Shown: piece by piece, positions 60,585 through 64,000 of the stretch
How positions within the stretch are numbered: the stretch's first letter is position 1
Layout of the letters: every line of letters starts with the position of its first letter
Assembly: GCA_030390025.1 (NCBI GenBank)
Contig: CM059437.1
Span: forward strand, 54,684,001-54,748,000
Length of the DNA stretch: 64,000 bases
Source of the DNA: Squalus acanthias
Taxonomy: Eukaryota
Direction of reading: 5' to 3'
The notes under the pieces: model-generated
The model's database searches: none
The model's input: the letters and a program-made list of their open reading frames with translations, nothing else
What the model was told of the DNA's origin: nothing
Made by a program: the position numbers and the translations under genes

Positions 60585-63500
60585 CCTAACTTTTCACCCT
60601 GTAGGAATTGGTTCTTACTTTACACCAAGGAAAGAGTCCAAGAGCAGTCAAACAACCACAACTGAGAAACTGCTTAAGTAACGTCACATCCAGGGAAGGA
60701 GCTGATTGGTAAGTAGGACCTGGTGAGTATTTCTACAGTCCAGTCGTTAAAGTCAAAGTAATGTCTCTTGTTTAGAGTAAGTAGTGTTTAAAGGGAAGTA
60801 AGGTCCCTAGTGTATTTAATATTTTTTAATTTAAAGGGTGTAAATTAAGGGTAGGACATGGCAGGGCAGCTCGGCTGCGTGGAGTGCTCCTCCTGTGCTA
60901 TGTGGGAAGTCAGGGACACTTTTGGTGTCCAGGATGAACACATGTGCAGGAAGTGTCTCCAGCTGCAGCTACTCGAAATCCACGTTTCGGAGCTGGAGCT
61001 GTGGCTGGAGTCACTGTGGAGCATCCGCGAAGCTGAGATCTTCGTGGATTGCACGTTTAATGAGGTGGTCACACCACAGTTAAAAAGTGCAGGCAGGCAG
61101 GAAATGGGTGAACGCCAGACAGAGTAAAAGAACTAGGAAGGTAGTGCAGGAGTCCCCTGGGTCCATCTCACTCTCCGACAGATTTTCCATCTTGACTACT
61201 GCTGGGGGAGATGGTTTCTCAGGGGAATACAGCAAGAGCCAAGTCCATGGCACTATGAGCGGCTCAGCTGCACAGGAGGGGAGGAAAAAGAGTGGGAGAG
61301 CAATAGTGATAGGGAATGAGGTCCTGCAACAAGAATTTAGGGAGCTGGGTAGCAGATTAAAAAGCAGGATCTCAAAGGTTGTATACCCTGGATTACTCCC
61401 GGTGCCATGTGCTAGTGAGTATAGGAATAGGAGGATAGAGCAGATGAATGCGTGGCTAAAGAGCTGGTGCAGGAGTGAGGGCTTTAGTTTCCTGGATCAC
61501 TGGGTCTGCTTCTGCGGAAGGTGGGACCTGTACAAGTCAGACGGGTTGCACCTGAACCGGAATGGGACCAACATAATTGTGGGGAGGTTTGCTAGTACTG
61601 TTGCGGGGGGGAGGGGGGGGGGGTTAAACTAACTTGGCAGGGGGATGGGATACGGAGTGAAGCTATAGTAGGGGGTGATGCACACACAAATATAGAGGAA
61701 AAAACAAGTCAGCCTGGAAGGCAGAGCAAATATGTAATGGCACAAGGGAGTATGGCAAGGCTGGATGGCATTTATTTTAATGCAAGGAGTCTTGCGAGTA
61801 AGGCAAATGAATTGAAGGTGTTGATGAACACATGGGAGTATGATATTGTTGCTATCACAGAGACATGGTTGAGGGAGGGGCAGGACTGGCAGCTCAATAT
61901 TCCGGGGTATAGAATCTTCAGGCGAGACAGAGGGGGTGTAAAAGAGGAGGGGGTGTCGCAATACATAGAAACATAGAAACATAGAAACTAGGAGCAGGAG
62001 TAGGCCATTCGGCCCGTCGAGCCTGCTCCACCATTCAATACGATCATGGCTGATCATCCAAATCCAGTACCCTGTCCCTGCTTTCTAACACAGAATCCCC
62101 ATCGAGCCTGCACCAACACATATCCCACCCCATCCCCGTAACCCCACGTATTTAATTCCCCCGAACATATCCCATCCTATCCCTGTAACCCCACATATTT
62201 AATCCCCCCCTAACACTAAGGGTCAATTTATCATAGCCAAATATTAATCAAGCAGTCAATTACTACTGTAAGGAGGGATGATATCTTAGCAGGTTCCTCT
62301 AATGAGGCCATATGGGTAGAACTTAATAACAAAAAGTGGGTAAGCATATTGCTGGGAGTGTACTATAGGTCCCCAATCACTCAGGGGGAGATAGAGGAAC
62401 AGATATGTCGGCAAATCTCAGAGAAGTGTAGAAATAATAGGGTAATAATAGTTGGGGATTTCAACTGCCCCAATATTAACTGGGATAGTCAGAGTGTGAA
62501 AGGCTTAGAGGGTGCGGAATTCTTAAAGTGCATCCAGGAGAGCTTTCTGAGCCAGCATGTAGAAAAGTCCTACAAGAGAGGGGGGCGGTACTGGACCTAA
62601 TTCCAGGGAATGTAGCCGGGCAAGTGGCAGAAGTCGGAGAGCATTTTGGTGACAGTGACCACAATTCGGTGAGATTTAAGGTAGTCATGGAAAAGGACAA
62701 AGATGGACCGGAAATAAAGGTTCTAAATTGGGGGAAGGCCGATTTTAATATGATAAGGCAGGATCTGGCCAAAGTGGACTGGGATCAGCTACTTGCAGGA
62801 AAATCCACATCAGAGCAGTGGGAATCTTTCAGAAAGGAAATAGAGAGAGTACAACGCCAACATGTTCCCATAAAGGTCAAGGGTGGGACCAACAAACCCA
62901 GGGAACCCTGGATGTCAAAGGGATATACAAGAATGGATTAGGAAAAAAAGGTAGGCTTTTGGCAGATACAAACGACTAAAAGCAGTGGAAGCCCTGGAGG
63001 AATATAGAAAGTGCAGGGGGGTACTTCAAAAAGAAATTGGAGAGTGAAGAGGGAGCATGAAAAAACATTGGCGGGCAAAATAAAGGAAAATCCCAAGGTG
63101 TTTTATAAGTATATTAAGGGAAAGAGGATAACCAGGGAAAGAGTAGGGCCCATTAGGGACCAAGGTGGCAATCTGTGTGTAGAGCCGGAAGATGTAGGTG
63201 AGGATTTAAATGAATATTTTGCATCTGTGTTCACTATGGAGAAGGACGATGTAGGCATAGAAATCAGGCAGGGGGATTGTGATATACTTGAACAAATTAG
63301 CATTGAGAGGGAGGTAGTACTTGCGGTTTTAGCGGACTTAAAAGTGGATAAACCCCAGGCCCTGACGAGATGTATCCCAGGCTCCTGTGTGAGGCAAGGG
63401 AGGAGATTGCAGGGGCTCTGACACAAATTTTCAGAACCACTCTGGCCACAGGGGAGGTGCTAGAGGAGTGGAGGACAGCTAACGTAGTACCATTATTCAA

Positions 63501-64000
63501 GAAGGGTAGTAGGGATAAACCAGGGAATTACAGGACAGTGAGCCTAACATCAGTGGTGGGGAAATTATTGGAAACAATTCTGAGGGACAGAATCAGTCTC
63601 CACTTGGAGAGGCAAGGATTAATCAAGAATAGTCAGCATAGCTTTGTCAGGGGGAGATCATGTCTAACCAATTTGATTGAATTTTTCGAGGGGGTGACTC
63701 GGTGCGTGGGTGAGGGTAGTACAGTTGATGTGGTCTACATGGACTTCAGTAAGGCTTTTGACGAAGTCCCACATGGGAGACTGGTCAAGAAGGTAAGAGC
63801 CCATGGGATTCAGGGCAATTTGGCACATTGGATCCAAAATTGGCTTCGTGGCAGGAGGCAGAGGGTGATGGTCGAAGGTTGTTTTTGTGACTGGAAGCCT
63901 GTGTCCAGTGGTGTAGCGCAGGGATCGGTGCTGGGTCCTTTGCTGTTTGTAGTGTACATTAATGATTTAGATATGAATGCAGGAGGTATGATCAGTAAGT
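60585..64000 (+). mobile_element. CR1 LINE paralogous to 17853-22045; runs off the window
   Basis: ORF1 starts at 60858 and has an internal deletion near 61315. ORF2 EN/RT is broken by frameshifts and by an insertion at 61964-62238. Confidence 0.9.
61964..62238 (-). mobile_element. Chimeric retro-insert: CR1 3' end joined to a SINE-like fragment
   Basis: Absent from the paralogue, which reads GTCGCAATATTAATC at ~19406. It has a CATAGAAA tail, AATA at both junctions and an internal ~45-bp tandem duplication. Confidence 0.7.

Noticed and set aside
1-64000. CRISPR array or prokaryotic defence/retron system suggested by the many RT ORFs
   Set aside because: All RTs are eukaryotic CR1 or Tx1 LINE type, a spliced Ig gene is present, and there is no repeat-spacer array.

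Overview
Vertebrate genomic DNA, almost certainly from a cartilaginous fish (shark). The only intact host gene is a minus-strand immunoglobulin light-chain gene of the shark type II (lambda-like) class. It has a leader exon (38865-38913), a germline pre-joined VJ exon (38383-38721), a C exon (34828-35150) and an upstream octamer. A deleted remnant of a neighbouring cluster lies at about 23.0-23.45 kb, with its flank at 28.6 and 33.2 kb. Most of the rest is nested transposons: many CR1 LINEs, three disabled Tx1-group LINEs, two near-identical ~890-bp Harbinger-like MITEs, a Harbinger transposase relic and two Penelope-type termini. Two structures stand out. (1) An 8.5-kb non-autonomous hAT element (681-9164; 16-bp TIRs, exact 8-bp TSD CCATAGAG) splits a Tx1 ORF1 and carries a decayed tRNA cluster (Thr, Lys x2, Phe, Ile) plus a CR1 and a MITE. 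(2) A repeated Tx1-CR1 composite, in which each Tx1 ends in a TATA-containing segment followed by a ~92-bp direct repeat (X) that leads into the next Tx1 or into a CR1 5' UTR. TE family names come from recalled motifs, not database searches. Boundaries of old fragments are approximate.
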